Notes under the pieces: generated by a model
The model's database searches: none
What the model was told of the DNA's origin: nothing
What the model saw: only the letters and a program-made list of their open reading frames with translations
Made by a program: the position numbers and the translations under genes
Origin: Barthelona sp. PCE
Taxonomy: Eukaryota
DNA: 64,000 bases
Assembly: GCA_040285745.1 (NCBI GenBank)
Contig: JAUFOR010000008.1
Span: forward strand, 2,046,001-2,110,000
Direction: 5' to 3'
Part shown: piece after piece, positions 19,425-32,400 of the stretch
How the letters are laid out: every line of letters starts with the position of its first letter
How positions within the stretch are numbered: the first letter of the stretch is position 1

Positions 19425-22400
19425 ATGGATTTTATTTCAGAACACAACCCATGTGGTTATCAACTACTGCAGCTCACAGCAACAGGTGACGCTGTTATTG
19501 CAGAACTGACGAGACTTGCACAAAATTTACCCTCTATTTTTTACTTAAAGACTAAGGAAGACCAAAAGAGGTACGCAAACATAATTTTTGACTTCCAGTA
19601 CCTTGATAATTCGACAGTGCTAGATTACAAGATTCGTCAAGATAGTGTATGGCTTATTGTGCTCATATTAAAGTATTTGCTAACTTTTAGGAGTTGTATG
19701 ACCTAGATCAGGAACTCAAGACTACTTACAAGAACATTGCTGAACGTTTGTATAACCTGTTTAAGAGTATTTATTTGCACTTTCAGCGTCTTTCATCTTT
19801 TTTCGATTCTGTAATCAATCAGCACTTTTACAACTATCCGTTAGAGAAGATCCTCGAGGATAAACTTGGTTCACAATTGATTTCAGAGGCTCTCTATCAA
19901 TATGGTCTCATGATGATTCTTTTAGACAGAGACATTCCTGGTATTGTCCGTGAGAGATGTGTGGTCTTCTTCTATCGCCTTAACTCCTCTTCTGACATTC
20001 CTTTCTTTGAGGAGGTTGTCAAGTTAGTCAGCAGGACTGGTTACAGTCATCCAGATCCCTACCCAAAGAACTACCCATTTTCATTCATCGAACGCTACCC
20101 TCTAGACAAGCAGATTGTACGTACCGTATTGGGTAAGCTGCGTTCCGAAGATATTTATCAAAGAAGCGTTGCGTTTCCAGATCCCGATCATCGTTCAACA
20201 GCGCTCTCTAAACAGGCGGCGATGATCTACATCATTCTCTTCTTTGTTCCCGAGGTTTTGGAACAGGACAATGCAATTATGCGTGAAATAGTGGACAAGT
20301 TTTTTGCTGATAACTGGATTGTCTCTTTCGGCCTTGGTCACACCGCTGATATTAGCGTTGTGTGGAAACCGTTCAGGGCAGCAAGAGGAGCCCTTGATGA
20401 CATGATGAGCTCAGCAGCCCTCTCCAATCTAGGATTGCGTTACGATCGTGTGTACTCCGAGGCAATGCAGGGGCTGTCTGATCTTCTGGTCGACGGTGTA
20501 TTGACCAGGGAATACCTGCTCTCGAACTTGACGTCCACATTGAACACTATTCGTGTTGCCAACGTGACACTTCGGTTTCTGATGCTTCATTCTGTGATTG
20601 AGAAGCGTAAAACACGCGAAAGAGTCATGAGATCGATCACTGAAGATAGTATCCTCGATTTACTACTGCAGCTCAGCGATGTTGAGTTCCAGACGAACAA
20701 GATCATCAATAACATTATCGATAACAAAGAATCTGCATGGGAGGAGCTGAAGAGCGTTGCCAAAAAGCGTTTACAGCAGCTCGCAGCGTTCTACAGCGGA
20801 CAGAGCTCATTCGCAGAGATTAGTGAGAACAAGCGTATTCATGACTGGTTTACGTCACTCATCACCAAGGTTGACGAGTTGAGCCTGGATGAGAGTGTAG
20901 TCACATCACGCCTCAGTACTGACATCATCATGGCACTTGAGCGTGTCGAGATGTTTGAGGAAGTGCAGAAGTCCATCATCCAACAGCTTTTGGAAGATTT
21001 GCGAGCCGGATTAACATCCATGCTTAAGTTATTGAATATTGGTCCCGACGTGGTGTTCAAGTTGTCCCTCATTACAGATTTCTCACACTCATGGCATTTG
21101 ATTAGGAAGTTCGTACCCCTCATGCATCAGCGCATTCGTCAGGATGCCGGTGTAATCATGCAGTTGCGAGGCACTTTCCTGAAGCTCGCGTCGCTGCTTG
21201 AGGGACCACTTTTACGTATGACCCAATTCGAACACAGTGATCTTGAATCAGTTGCTTCATTCTTCTCAAATGAGATTGTTAAGTTTGTTTCGGATGTGCT
21301 GCAGATTGTGCCCCACTCCATGTTCAAGTACCTTCATGCCATATCTGCTCTTTTGACGGATGAACTAGCGGAGATACCATCAAAAATTTCAAGATTTGAG
21401 CTCATTGAGTTCGCTAAGGTGGAGCTCCGTGAGAGGCTTAATGTGTACACCAACCAGGTATGCGTGCTCGCCCGAGGTATACTCGCCATGCAGCGTAACT
21501 TTATTGGCGTCATTGAGATCGATCCAAAGGAGATGTTGGAAGCTGGTCTTCGCAGAGAGCTGATCAAGCTCATTGCAGACACCGTACACACGCATCTTGT
21601 CTTCAACACGAAGGCGACCCACGGTCCAGAGACACTGGTCGAACGATTCTCAACCGTCAAGAAGGAGCTACTCGCGATCAAGACATCAATGCAATATATT
21701 CAGGACTATGTTAACATTGAAGGCCTTCGTTTGTACAACGAGGAGTTTGAACGCCTTGTCATCTACAATGTAGAAGAGAGTGCTTTTGTTTTTATGAAGA
21801 AGGCCACCCAGTTTCAACCCAATGTTGTCTTTGATGATTTTGATGTTAACCCAGTCCCGTCATTCGAACCTATCGATAAGAATGGGGTCAACTGGATGGC
21901 GCGCCTTGCCAATGAACTAATCAGACTGGTCTCACACAGACACTCTTTCTATTGCCCAAAGCACATTGCATTTGTGCACTGCGAAGATAAGAGCAAGGAA
22001 TTCCTAAGCATCCGTATCATGCGCCTTCTTTTTGATTCATTAGGTGTTGCTGGTTTCGTTGGACTCAATAAGTATCTTTCATTCTTGATTGTTTCATCGC
22101 TTCAAAAGATTTATGCTATTATTGAAAAATACCAAGATGCCGGTGCTAAGGAGAGCCTCACCATGATTGACCGCTCCTTCTATCCACTCAGTTCCATTGT
22201 TAGCTTGCGCAATTTCACTGGATTGTCCAGAATCATAGACAAGTACTATGACAAGATTGTAAGTCTGTTTGGCTTCATCGGCCGTGCCCAGCTCATCCAG
22301 AACATGGTCAGTTACCTGCTCAAGCACGACGCATCCATTAACAGAACACACTTCTATGGTGCAATGGTTACGATCAACGAAGCAATCATCGAAGACGTTA

Positions 22401-22909
22401 AGGAACACTACCGAAACCCGTTGATTGATGACTACGTTGAGTCATCCCTGTTGAGTGAATTGTGCGCAGGCCTGAACAGATGTGGCATCTCCGATAGTGA
22501 CAATCAAGTGTACAGTCTTCCTCCACTATTCAACTTTGTTCCACTAACATGTCTGGCATTTGTATTCAAGTCAATTGACATGATGCGTTTTACTGAAATG
22601 GGAGACCTTAAATGGTACAAGAGCCAGAATCACTTTGATGAGACATCTTTGTGTATTGCCCTTCATACTTTTCTTCAGCAATTTCATCCCCATAATAGGG
22701 AGCGTTTTATTGGTCTTTTGGGTCAGTATATTCGCTCATACGTTGCGGATGAGTGGTCGTTTTCGAATGCATTATCAACCAAAACACTTGATGTGAATGA
22801 TCGTGTGAAAAAGGTGATGCGCTTACTCTCTGTGCTCAAGAAGAACAATTTCATCCCCAACGAGTACTTCAAGTCGCTTGTGCCTGAATATTTGGCTGCA
22901 ATTGTGTAA
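19425..22909 (+). CDS. WASHC5: WASH complex subunit strumpellin, 2 exons (19425-19646, 19691-22909), 1146 aa
   Basis: MDFISEHNPCGYQLLQLTATGDAVIAELTRL, FPDPDHRSTALSKQAAMIYIILFF, MREIVDKFFADNW and GVIEIDPKEMLEAGLRRELI. A phase-0 intron joins ...RQDS|ELYDLD. Confidence 0.95.
19647..19690 (+). other. 44-nt GT-AG spliceosomal intron
   Basis: GTATGG...TTTGCTAACTTTTAG, with branch point GCTAAC adjacent to the 3' splice site. Removal restores the conserved strumpellin frame. Confidence 0.92.
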
Positions 22910-23066
22910 ACACATAGTTATTTGAAAAGGAAATCTGACACGTGACCCTCTAGTTTATTCTTTGAAATTCACTTTTTGGGTGTATAGTGGCGGTGTACAG
23001 CTACATATCCATAAGTTTGAGCGTAGTGTTTTAGGAAATTGCTATTTTAAATATCTTCTTAACTTG

Positions 23067-24737
23067 ATGTTAGAATCCAGCATACTCATAAGAACAACGG
23101 CCGTTGCGGTAATTATGTTACTGTTTTTCACGCTATCTTCAGCACAACTTGGACTTACAATTTCAGATTTGGTTCATGGAAGCAATAACGCAGCTAAAGA
23201 TGGCGGTGGCTCTAAATGTGCAGCATGCGTCGCAGGTGTTAAGGTTGTGGATGATGCATCACGCTATTACGACGAAGATGTCAATGCTGTCTTCCGTCGT
23301 ATTTGTTCTGCTATTCCTCAGCCTTTCAGAATCGGATGCAACACCTTCGTATCCAAATACGGAAAGAAAATTATCTCTGCTCTTTCAACAGGAATGACCC
23401 CTGAACAAGTTTGTAGGATTTCAGGTTTTTGCAGTGAAGAGAAGCAGTGCACACTTTATAAGAAGTGGCCTCTTCCTATTCGCAACGAAAAGGCTTCTAA
23501 GAACTCAGTGTTCATTGTTGACTATGAGGAACCTATTAAGGATAGCAACAATATTTTCAGTGATATGATGAACGCAGTCAAGCGCTCAATGGTCACCCAC
23601 AAGCCAGCGATGGATCCGGATAGTGATGGATTCAGTACATTCAAGCAACTTCGTGGTTCTAACTGGAGAGGTAAGGATTGTAATGGTGGTGACAAGACTG
23701 TCTATCCCGGATCGAAGGCTGCCCCGTTCCTCGGATACTTTGATGGTAATTGTAACGGTCTTAAGCAGGCTGATGAGCGCAAGTATTGTCCAAATGGTAT
23801 TCGTCAATTCGCAGCTCTTGGAGATTCTATGACTGCCCACTTTGAGCTTCCTGAGGACTTGTTTTTTGTATCACGTTGGACCAACGAGCTCTTTGCTGAT
23901 CTCCCTAATTTAATTATGATGGAGGCTGATCATCCTCAAAAGAGTTTCTTTACAGGTTTCGAAGATGTACTCAGTGTTGCAGGCAGATTCCGTCAGCTTG
24001 ATCGCTGTAATCACCGTCAGTTCCAGAACGGTGGTGTTAATGGTATTTCATCAAATAATTTGATGTTTGGAGCAAAGGCTCTCAACTTCAAGAAAAAGGA
24101 TCACCCTATGACTGTTGTGATTTCCATTGTTGGTAATGATATTTGTTCACACTGCGATGCTGATGATAAGGCTGATTGTATGACGACTGTTGATGACTTT
24201 GAGAAGAATATTGTTGAAGTTTTGGATCACCTACATGATAACATGCCCAGAGGTTCACACGTTGTCTTTGGTGGTCTTGTTGATGGTAGAGTTCTTTACG
24301 ATACTTTACAGGATCAAATTCATCCTCTTGGTGTTACTTATTCTGACTTCTACGAATTCATGGAGTGCACTGGTGCATCTCCTTGTCTTCAGTGGATGTC
24401 AAAGAATGAAACCCTCCGTAATGTTGCATCCCAACGTGCACATGATCTTTCTGAGGTTTACCCCAAGATTATTGCCGAACATGCATCCAAGTATGGTGAT
24501 GTTTTCCAGATGGCTTACATTGGTGAATATCTCAATGATATGCTTGGTATGTTTACCAAAGAGGAGATGGTTAAAGTTATTGCTTCTGTTGACGGATTCC
24601 ATGCTAGTCAGTATGCTCAGCAATACATTGCTGATATTGTCTATAACAAGCTTACCAAGATTCCTGGCGCCCTTCCTAAGGAAAACCCCAATAATGCCCG
24701 AATTATTCAGCGTTTTGGTGACCAAGGAGGTTTCTGA
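23067..24737 (+). CDS. AOAH: Acyloxyacyl hydrolase (saposin B plus GDSL/SGNH lipase; lipid A deacylase)
   Basis: Hydrophobic signal peptide, saposin CAACV...C..C, DPDSDGFS..LRGSNWRGKDC, catalytic ALGDSMTAHF, IVGNDIC, VDGFHASQ, and C-terminal NPNN..I...FGDQGG. Confidence 0.93.
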   Translation: MLESSILIRTTAVAVIMLLFFTLSSAQLGLTISDLVHGSNNAAKDGGGSKCAACVAGVKVVDDASRYYDEDVNAVFRRICSAIPQPFRIGCNTFVSKYGKKIISALSTGMTPEQVCRISGFCSEEKQCTLYKKWPLPIRNEKASKNSVFIVDYEEPIKDSNNIFSDMMNAVKRSMVTHKPAMDPDSDGFSTFKQLRGSNWRGKDCNGGDKTVYPGSKAAPFLGYFDGNCNGLKQADERKYCPNGIRQFAALGDSMTAHFELPEDLFFVSRWTNELFADLPNLIMMEADHPQKSFFTGFEDVLSVAGRFRQLDRCNHRQFQNGGVNGISSNNLMFGAKALNFKKKDHPMTVVISIVGNDICSHCDADDKADCMTTVDDFEKNIVEVLDHLHDNMPRGSHVVFGGLVDGRVLYDTLQDQIHPLGVTYSDFYEFMECTGASPCLQWMSKNETLRNVASQRAHDLSEVYPKIIAEHASKYGDVFQMAYIGEYLNDMLGMFTKEEMVKVIASVDGFHASQYAQQYIADIVYNKLTKIPGALPKENPNNARIIQRFGDQGGF

Positions 24738-24917
24738 AATTAATAAACTACTTTTCTATTTGTGCCGGTTGTTTCTGTGCTGTTTTTAGAATATTTGTTT
24801 TTCAGAAAATTCTTTAAATATCAGTATTTGACCTCTGAATACCGTCAACATACATAGATCAGAAAATTTGGCTGTTTTTTGTTTTGCTACATTTTCTCTT
24901 TATTTTTTTCGGGTTTA

Positions 24918-27845
24918 ATGCAGTTTGAAAGTGATTCGGAATATTCATTGAACGAGGACATCATCAGAAGCACAAATGACATTCAAGGGTTTCTACAAAA
25001 GATTCGAAGAGAGTTTAGTGATCGTGATATCGTCACAAAGGGTTTCAATTCGTTACAATTTATTGCAGACAAGGCATTGGGATCAACTTTTGAGACTACA
25101 TTCGAAGATGTTGTGAAGAATCGGAAATTGCTGGATGAATTAATGAAGGTTGTTGTTGAGGAAAACGAGCGCAGCATTCAAACCAATTTTGCGTCTTTCA
25201 GTGATATTTTTACACAATTGAATAACACTAGACTAAACATATCTCAGTACTCATTGTTTTTGAGCAACTCTCAGCACCCTCTTGAAGTTAACGCCCGCAA
25301 AGAATCCAAGGATAAGAACCTCCACAATGAGCTGAAACATCTGAATGAGAAGTTAATCATGGATGAGGAACATCTACAGGAGTTGGTTGAGATTCGAGAT
25401 TTTTTAACTGTTTTTAACAAGATAGAGGATCAAATCAACACAAACGCCTTTTACCCAGCAGCGAAATCACTTATTGACTGTATGAATTATCAAAGACAGT
25501 ACAGGGCATTACAGAACGATAAAATCGATGCAATGCTACGAGGCGTCAAGAGCAAATTATCTTTCAAGATTCGTATGCTGTTGTTGGAAATGTGCTTCTT
25601 TAAGAACGAAGTAAGCGTGAAGGCAGTTAACAAGCCTGTGCCCCAGTTCGAGGTGCTCTTTGATCGTAAGACATTTGAACTTGATTTTCGTATTATGCAA
25701 GACGATGTTTTCTTCAAGATATTTGAGATATCTTTCGCCATATGTATGTTGGATATTGAAAAAGAGTTTTTGAAGAACTTAATGTCGGAGAACACTCGTA
25801 AAGATATTTTAAAGCTTGTTAAGGATTTTTACACCGCTTTGATTAATTCATTCTTAAAAGACAAATCAGTTAACTTGGAGAGCAACAATTTAAAACCTGA
25901 TAAAGAGCAATTTGATTTGATTGTTAGCATTTTCAATCAGTATTGCTATCATTTGTTGATTTGCCTCAGAAAGTGGTATTTCTTCTTTGATATGATCAAG
26001 AAATCTATTGATTTCCTTCACGCTGGTACCTTTGAGATTCCAAATTTGAGGGACGATTTTACCAAGCTACAGACAAAAAGTCTGCAGACTGCCTCAACAA
26101 TGGTTTATGATTGCATACAAGAGAGTACGGTGAACATGCTTAAACTATTCCTTACAGGAACAGATCGTAATTCTACACGAACAAAACATGGTTCTCACAT
26201 TTCTTTCAATATCATGACAGGTGGGGAATCTCTTATGCGTATTGTGCAGAAGCTCGATGAGAAGAATCAGTCGAACAGTTCTCCTGATCTTTCCGGACAC
26301 AGTAGAGGTCTAAGGGGAGTACCAAACTCCCCATATTTCTTGATTGCCCTGCACACTCGGTGTATGTCATTCCGTCGTGCTGGATACTCCATCTTGAGGT
26401 TAAAGCCAAAGAGCGATCCGATAAAATCGAGTTTAAACGACTTCAAGACTACACTCGTAACAGTTATGCAAGCGAATTTGTTTGAACAGCATCAGAGTTT
26501 GGTAGATGATGACACGATTACAGAAGTAGAGGGAAAGAAGCATTTCCGAAGCTTTTTCAGCAAGATATTTGTGGGAATCAATCAAGATTTCATAAACTTC
26601 CCCTCTCTTTCACAGGTGCTCAAGCCAATTCTGTTAAGTTACGAGAATTCATTCGTTAGCGATATCAATAGAGCGTTGCGCACGATTCTCGCTAACAAAT
26701 ACGCGTTTAAAATCAACAACCGTAAGCACTTTAACGTTCCCAAGAAGCTGGCAAAGATATTCGGTCAGCTCTCAGATTATTCATTCATTGGCAGCGTTAT
26801 CGATTCAGTCAGTTTCTTTAACCTGAGCGCGTTCCGCGGCATCGATAACCCCACCCGTAATATTCACACCGAGAAGGAGGTAAGACAAGAGTTGGCACTG
26901 TATTGGGAGAAAAACGGAATGTTATGCAATGCTCTCGAGGTGCAAAAACCCACACTTGAAGCAATCAAGCTCATGTGCTCTGTCCTACAAGGCCTTATCA
27001 TACTTAGCGAGCAGTGCCTGGAGATATCATCAAAATATATGTTACAGATTCCTAATCTGAGTCTGGGTATGCTAGGCCCAATGAGCAGTATTAACCAGGA
27101 GCTTAAATCTCGCAGAAGCGGCGGGTCAATGGCCTCCCGCTCTGAGTATTCAAAGAGCAACAAGCATAAGGAACATGTACTTGATATCGACAATGTCAGC
27201 TTTCTCAATCAAGAGTATCTACCCTTAGCAGTGACAAAGATGGTGGAGGAGCACGTAGAAGCGTACGAATATAGCGAGGCGCAGCAACATTTGAGTATGC
27301 TAGCGGAGAAAACGTGTGAGAATTTTTTTTCACTTTTTGTTCAAATTTTTAATAATTTAGTGCATGAAATAAGGTCAAAGGTATTTTTCCTTGTCTTAGA
27401 GCTACAGAACGTTACAGATCTTGATGCATGTATCTTTGATTTTAACTCATTTTGTATCGGTCTGCTCCATACCCTCGTTAGTTATTTAGGAGAAGACTTT
27501 GGTGCAATTATCATAAAGCCCATTCCACAATTGTTGGATTTGCTGCTTGTTGAATTAATGGGTAAAAAGGAGCGGTACAATAGAGAATTTATTGCTAAAA
27601 TGAACAATGGAATAGGCATTCTCTCGCAAGGTTTGGATTCAGTCTTCTTTTCACTACATTTACCCACTGTTAACCACCTACCGAACGCAACAAAGGCGTG
27701 GAAGCTCGTCACTTATAGTTATGAAGAGTTTAAACAGCAGTTGATCAATCACAAGCATTTATTCACAAAACAAAGTTATAAATATTTGATCAGCTATGGG
27801 TTCAAGAATCATGAAGCTGAGTTGTTGGAGATTTTAGAGGGTTAA
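24918..27845 (+). CDS. EXOC4: Exocyst complex component Sec8 (divergent)
   Basis: N-terminal LDELMKVVVEENERSIQTNFASFSDIFTQLNNTR coiled coil. C-terminal HEIRSKVFFL..IAKMNNGIGILSQGL..LPNATKAWKL..FTKQSYKYLI pattern typical of Sec8. First ATG at 24918. Confidence 0.7.
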   Translation: MQFESDSEYSLNEDIIRSTNDIQGFLQKIRREFSDRDIVTKGFNSLQFIADKALGSTFETTFEDVVKNRKLLDELMKVVVEENERSIQTNFASFSDIFTQLNNTRLNISQYSLFLSNSQHPLEVNARKESKDKNLHNELKHLNEKLIMDEEHLQELVEIRDFLTVFNKIEDQINTNAFYPAAKSLIDCMNYQRQYRALQNDKIDAMLRGVKSKLSFKIRMLLLEMCFFKNEVSVKAVNKPVPQFEVLFDRKTFELDFRIMQDDVFFKIFEISFAICMLDIEKEFLKNLMSENTRKDILKLVKDFYTALINSFLKDKSVNLESNNLKPDKEQFDLIVSIFNQYCYHLLICLRKWYFFFDMIKKSIDFLHAGTFEIPNLRDDFTKLQTKSLQTASTMVYDCIQESTVNMLKLFLTGTDRNSTRTKHGSHISFNIMTGGESLMRIVQKLDEKNQSNSSPDLSGHSRGLRGVPNSPYFLIALHTRCMSFRRAGYSILRLKPKSDPIKSSLNDFKTTLVTVMQANLFEQHQSLVDDDTITEVEGKKHFRSFFSKIFVGINQDFINFPSLSQVLKPILLSYENSFVSDINRALRTILANKYAFKINNRKHFNVPKKLAKIFGQLSDYSFIGSVIDSVSFFNLSAFRGIDNPTRNIHTEKEVRQELALYWEKNGMLCNALEVQKPTLEAIKLMCSVLQGLIILSEQCLEISSKYMLQIPNLSLGMLGPMSSINQELKSRRSGGSMASRSEYSKSNKHKEHVLDIDNVSFLNQEYLPLAVTKMVEEHVEAYEYSEAQQHLSMLAEKTCENFFSLFVQIFNNLVHEIRSKVFFLVLELQNVTDLDACIFDFNSFCIGLLHTLVSYLGEDFGAIIIKPIPQLLDLLLVELMGKKERYNREFIAKMNNGIGILSQGLDSVFFSLHLPTVNHLPNATKAWKLVTYSYEEFKQQLINHKHLFTKQSYKYLISYGFKNHEAELLEILEG

Positions 27846-28269
27846 AGAGCAAAATGTTTTACAGATGTTGGTTGTACAAGGATCTTCAGAGTATTTTACT
27901 TTTTTGAAGTTTTTCGAGATCAAGGTTAAAAATACACATAAAAGCGATCAAGTAAAAGTTTATCAGTCTTTGGATATGGTGAATCTGTGCTTAAGAGAAA
28001 AAAATGCAGGCTCAAAAAAAATGGTATATGAGCGCGCGCGTTCAATATTCAGCTCATTTATCGAGTACAAATATATTTAAACAGCAAAATATTGTATTTA
28101 TATGGGTGTTAAACATTAACATACAGTTATTTTGTCGGTTCTTGGAATATATCCTTTTTCATACAGTGAATTGTTTTTCATTCACAGTTAACTGGTTTTT
28201 TATTCATATATAAGCTATTTTTATACTTTATACATTAACTTAGATTTTTTTTTTCATATTTTCAAAGCA

Positions 28270-28515
28270 ATGTCTCGTTACACCGTTGATGCAGTAGTTA
28301 AAAGTTATGGGCAGAAGTACCACGATGAAACATATGAGTACAGGCACGTGATATTGACGCCGGAAGCAACCAGAAGGTTACCTAAACCTGCTCGCTTGCT
28401 TACAGAAGCTGAATGGCGCTCCTTAGGTGTAAGACAGTCACCAGGATGGGAGCATTATATGAACCATTCACCTGAACCTCATATTCTGATGTTCAGACGT
28501 AGGCTTCAGAAATAA
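28270..28515 (+). CDS. CKS1: Cyclin-dependent kinase regulatory subunit Cks1/Suc1
   Basis: KYHDETYEYRHVIL..LLTEAEWRSLGVRQSPGWEHYMNHSPEPHILMFRR. Confidence 0.97.
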   Translation: MSRYTVDAVVKSYGQKYHDETYEYRHVILTPEATRRLPKPARLLTEAEWRSLGVRQSPGWEHYMNHSPEPHILMFRRRLQK

Positions 28516-29470
28516 ACAGATCAAAATTTATCTTTTTTTGTTGCTAAATGACTTTTATGGATTTTTAGGATGAGAAAAAGCATGTTGACATTGGTATTTT
28601 GATTAATATGTGGAATTCCCAAATGAAATTCTTTTTGAAAGGTATCAGGTTTTTTGTGCAGGTGACAGAAAGGTTTCTTTTAGTTTCTTTACATATTTGA
28701 ATCTTGTAATATAAATAATTCATATCAATATTGAATAAGAGTACGGAGGTTTTTATATGATGCGTAACTTTGAATTTTCGGCATGATAGTTCGCACTAAA
28801 CTCAACATGAATAAGGTCAAGCATATGTAGTAACCCCTCCCCAAAAATTTAAATAATTATGGTTTGGTGATGTTAATTGCTACAGTTTCCAAGGAGAGTA
28901 AGTGCGTCCCTCCGGATAATAAATGTTTATGTGGGAAAAACAAAGGATAACATCCAATTCATACTTATTTTAAGATTTTCGTTCCTTTAACTACAACGTC
29001 AATGTTTCACTAAGATCAAATCTTCTCGTCACAACCGATCTATAGTTTTTTATGTGAAAATTATCCGAACTCAGATGAATTTCAGAAATGTAAGATTTCT
29101 ACATGATATTTCAAATTGTAGGATAGTAAATGTTACTTTATTTATCACATAAAATGATAAAAAACATATCAAAAATCTTGTACCTGCTCAGTGATGCATT
29201 ATTTCTATTAGTGTTAATCAGGGGAACTTGGCAATTGATCGCATGATTTATTATGGTCAATATTTGTTTTTGATGTAGTAAAAGGTACTAAAATCATTGA
29301 ATTGATGAGATCCTAATTCACTTTCAATATTTCTTTTTTCTTTATTGATTCTCATTCTCTTCTATAACATGGGGTGGTTTTCACTACTCATATTATCCGT
29401 TTCATGATACTATTTTATTCGCATTTACTGTTTTCTCTTTTATTTACTCTTACACATTTTTATGCAATAG

Positions 29471-32400
29471 ATGAGCGGAATAGAGAACTACTTGTTCAAA
29501 CAGTTGCAAAATTTGTCTAAATATGATAAATATATTCACGTATTGCTTACAAAGCAATTGGTTAGAAGTTTCAGATCTTTTCTGAAGTCCAATGGCGGTC
29601 GTACATTCTACATGAAACTAACGAGAGATAAGAATGCCTTTTATAAAGAAGAAGAAGAGAAGTCCGATTCAGAAAATCTTGAAACTGAAAATCTTGAAGT
29701 GAGCGCAAAACTTGAGGAGAGTGAGCACCAAGAAATTCTCTCACTGTCTTCAGCTCCAATTACAGCTGAGAATACTCCTAATATGGAGGTGAAGAAGTTC
29801 AGTTCACAGTCTAAGGTTACGCGTAAGCGTCGTAAGATGAAACGGCAGGAAAGTGAAGGCATGTTGGATGACATCGAGGCCCTTACCGGCATGAAGAATC
29901 TCAGCAATAAGGAAGATTGTATATATGATCTGGAGTTCAGTTCAGACATCACTACCTTTGTACAGTATGATCAGGAACAGTCCACTCGCGATCGAAACCA
30001 GTTCCACATGGGATACTCCACTAGTATCAATCAGAAGGAGGAGAGTCAGCAGATACTTGAGCACAAGACGTTGAAGACAGATAAGGATTATGATATGACC
30101 ATCATATATTTCTGGAAGAAGGACTTTGGAGTTGATTACAGTGACACTTTTCAGGATGTTTTAAGTATTGGTGTGCTTAATGTTCGTCATGAAGTCTTTG
30201 CAAGAGAAATTTCCAATTTGTTACGTATTTTTGAGTGTAGTACCAAAGAAGAGGTTGAGGAAAACCTTAATCAGATCGATAACCTTCAATTGAACAGAAT
30301 CAGAACAATTCCAGTTGGCAATGACCACTACGAGACGATTAAAGAAAGCAAAAGGTATGATCCTAAGAAAGAAGATAAGGATTACATTCACGGGGTGGCT
30401 AGTTCAATGCATTCGTTTTTGAGTGATCGTGCAATTAGTAATCAACATATGGAAGATTTGCCTACGATAGATCCAGCATTGCTGATGTCCATCAGATCAA
30501 ACGTTGGAAAATTCAGCACAGATAAATCTCGTACATTCACAGAGGAGGGTGTTACAAATACATTAGATTCTGCGATGCGTGTAGGCTATAGTGTACTAAA
30601 AGAGCTCAGTCCAGTCCAGCGAACTTATGAAAACGGTGATGGTAACCCGCCTCTTGTATCTGAGTTCAACTTCTGGCAGGGTCACTACAGCAGACTCATT
30701 CGTATTCGGCAACAGTTGAACCATAAGTCGTACCAGATGATTTTGATCCATGCTAATTCGATGAGAGGAACACACGGTAAAGACTGGAAGAAGTTTGAGC
30801 AGGAGTTGAATGATCGTGCTCGTGTTGTTCATGAGTATGTTGGATGCTTTGATCCCCTTCTACCGCTTATATACGCGTTGGAAGGAAAGACATACACTCA
30901 ACAATCTAAAGAAACACAGCAAATGAAGCGTTTCAGCATCATCGTGAAGGATATTGAGGAAACTGTGGATAAACGACAGGATCACTCACCCAACCGAATT
31001 TTTAGCATGTTTTCAGCATTCTTTGATAACTTGCTTATGTCTCTCGTTAGCAATCCATCAGGTCACTTGTTGAGTGTTGACCCACGCTATGTCAATTATT
31101 TCTTGCGGGCTTTAGGCCATTGTATCAAGAAGTATATTATCCATTTTCTTATTACGAACAAGGCACCCAATGTTGGTTCTGTGAACAATTTGATCAACAG
31201 TCTTGATTTAACAAAGATCGAAAATCTTTTTAATTTTCACTATATTTATGAAAGTTTGAAAGATTTCAACACAAAGAATATCTTTACAACAATTGAGCTC
31301 ATTAACGAGTTCAAAAACAGTTATAATGATTCACACAAAAGGTTGATTAGTGTTAATTCACAGCAAAGTATCAAAAAATTGTTTACCTTTAATATACATG
31401 ATTGCTTTAAGGACATAACGCGTTTCCAGATGTATTGTGACAGAATAATACATTATGTCAACATTCTCAGTGTATACATTCCTCTGACAGATGCCTTTGT
31501 TGGAGCCAAATGGTGTGATGACCTCAAGGCTGCAATCAATAGGGTTATATCTTCCGACACGCTTCCGCAATTAGAAGCCGATCTTACACACACAGATACA
31601 TTCATTACAGAGACAGATGAATCATCCATGCAAATTAGAAGCTGTTTTGAGGAACTTGACGAGCAGATTATTACTGTTCAGAAATTTCTTGGCTCCAATC
31701 TTGGCAAGCTTATCGACTCCCATAACAGACAGAAACTTACCAACTTGTCGATGACGGAAATTGAACAGTGGGGCGATTTGGAAATTGATGGAGAGACGAT
31801 TTCCAACTTGACAACAACAGAAGGCATAATTAGCAAATGTGTGAATAAGTTGTTGTTTATCACATCAATTAGTGCTATACGTATTGTTGCTGACATCAAA
31901 CTTATCCTTGACAGGCAAGTCCAACACATTGTTGATATCCTATTAATTGAAGTCAATAACGTAAAGAACCATCTTTCATCGATTATTAAGACGCATCATC
32001 GTCATCAGTCCCAACAATTCTCGAACTTCAAGCTTCTCTGTCTCATATTTCACATTGTTAACAGCCCTGTTGCATATTTAGAACATTGTGCAGAAGCATC
32101 GATAGGGTCTGTATCACAACTTACTTCATTATTAAAGCGGATTGGTACAATAACAGCGCATATTGATGATCTGAAGGATAAACTCCTGCAGAGATTCTCT
32201 ATCCTCATTTCGAGCCTTGAGAAGAGTTTGAACGTTCCCATTTTCAAGTTGCGTTCGAAATCGAAAGTTTTATTTGATCTTAATCACGTAAATACACTTG
32301 ATTGTCTGTTCAGCACGTTTGTTGCTCTCATGAACGAACTAGAGGAGGATGAAATGTTCTTGTTCATGAGTAATCTCTCGGTTCCAGATCTTTCACCTTC

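Noticed and set aside
19311-19706. Separate 131-aa ORF before strumpellin
   Set aside because: It is exon 1 of strumpellin read through the intron, not a separate gene.
24190-24789. 199-aa alternative-frame ORF overlapping AOAH
   Set aside because: Off-frame Leu/Met-rich translation typical of a shifted reading of a real CDS.
27865-28213. Two ~70-aa ORFs and a GCGCGCGC run between Sec8 and CKS1
   Set aside because: No motifs or coding-like signal; the short GC palindrome alone is not enough to call.
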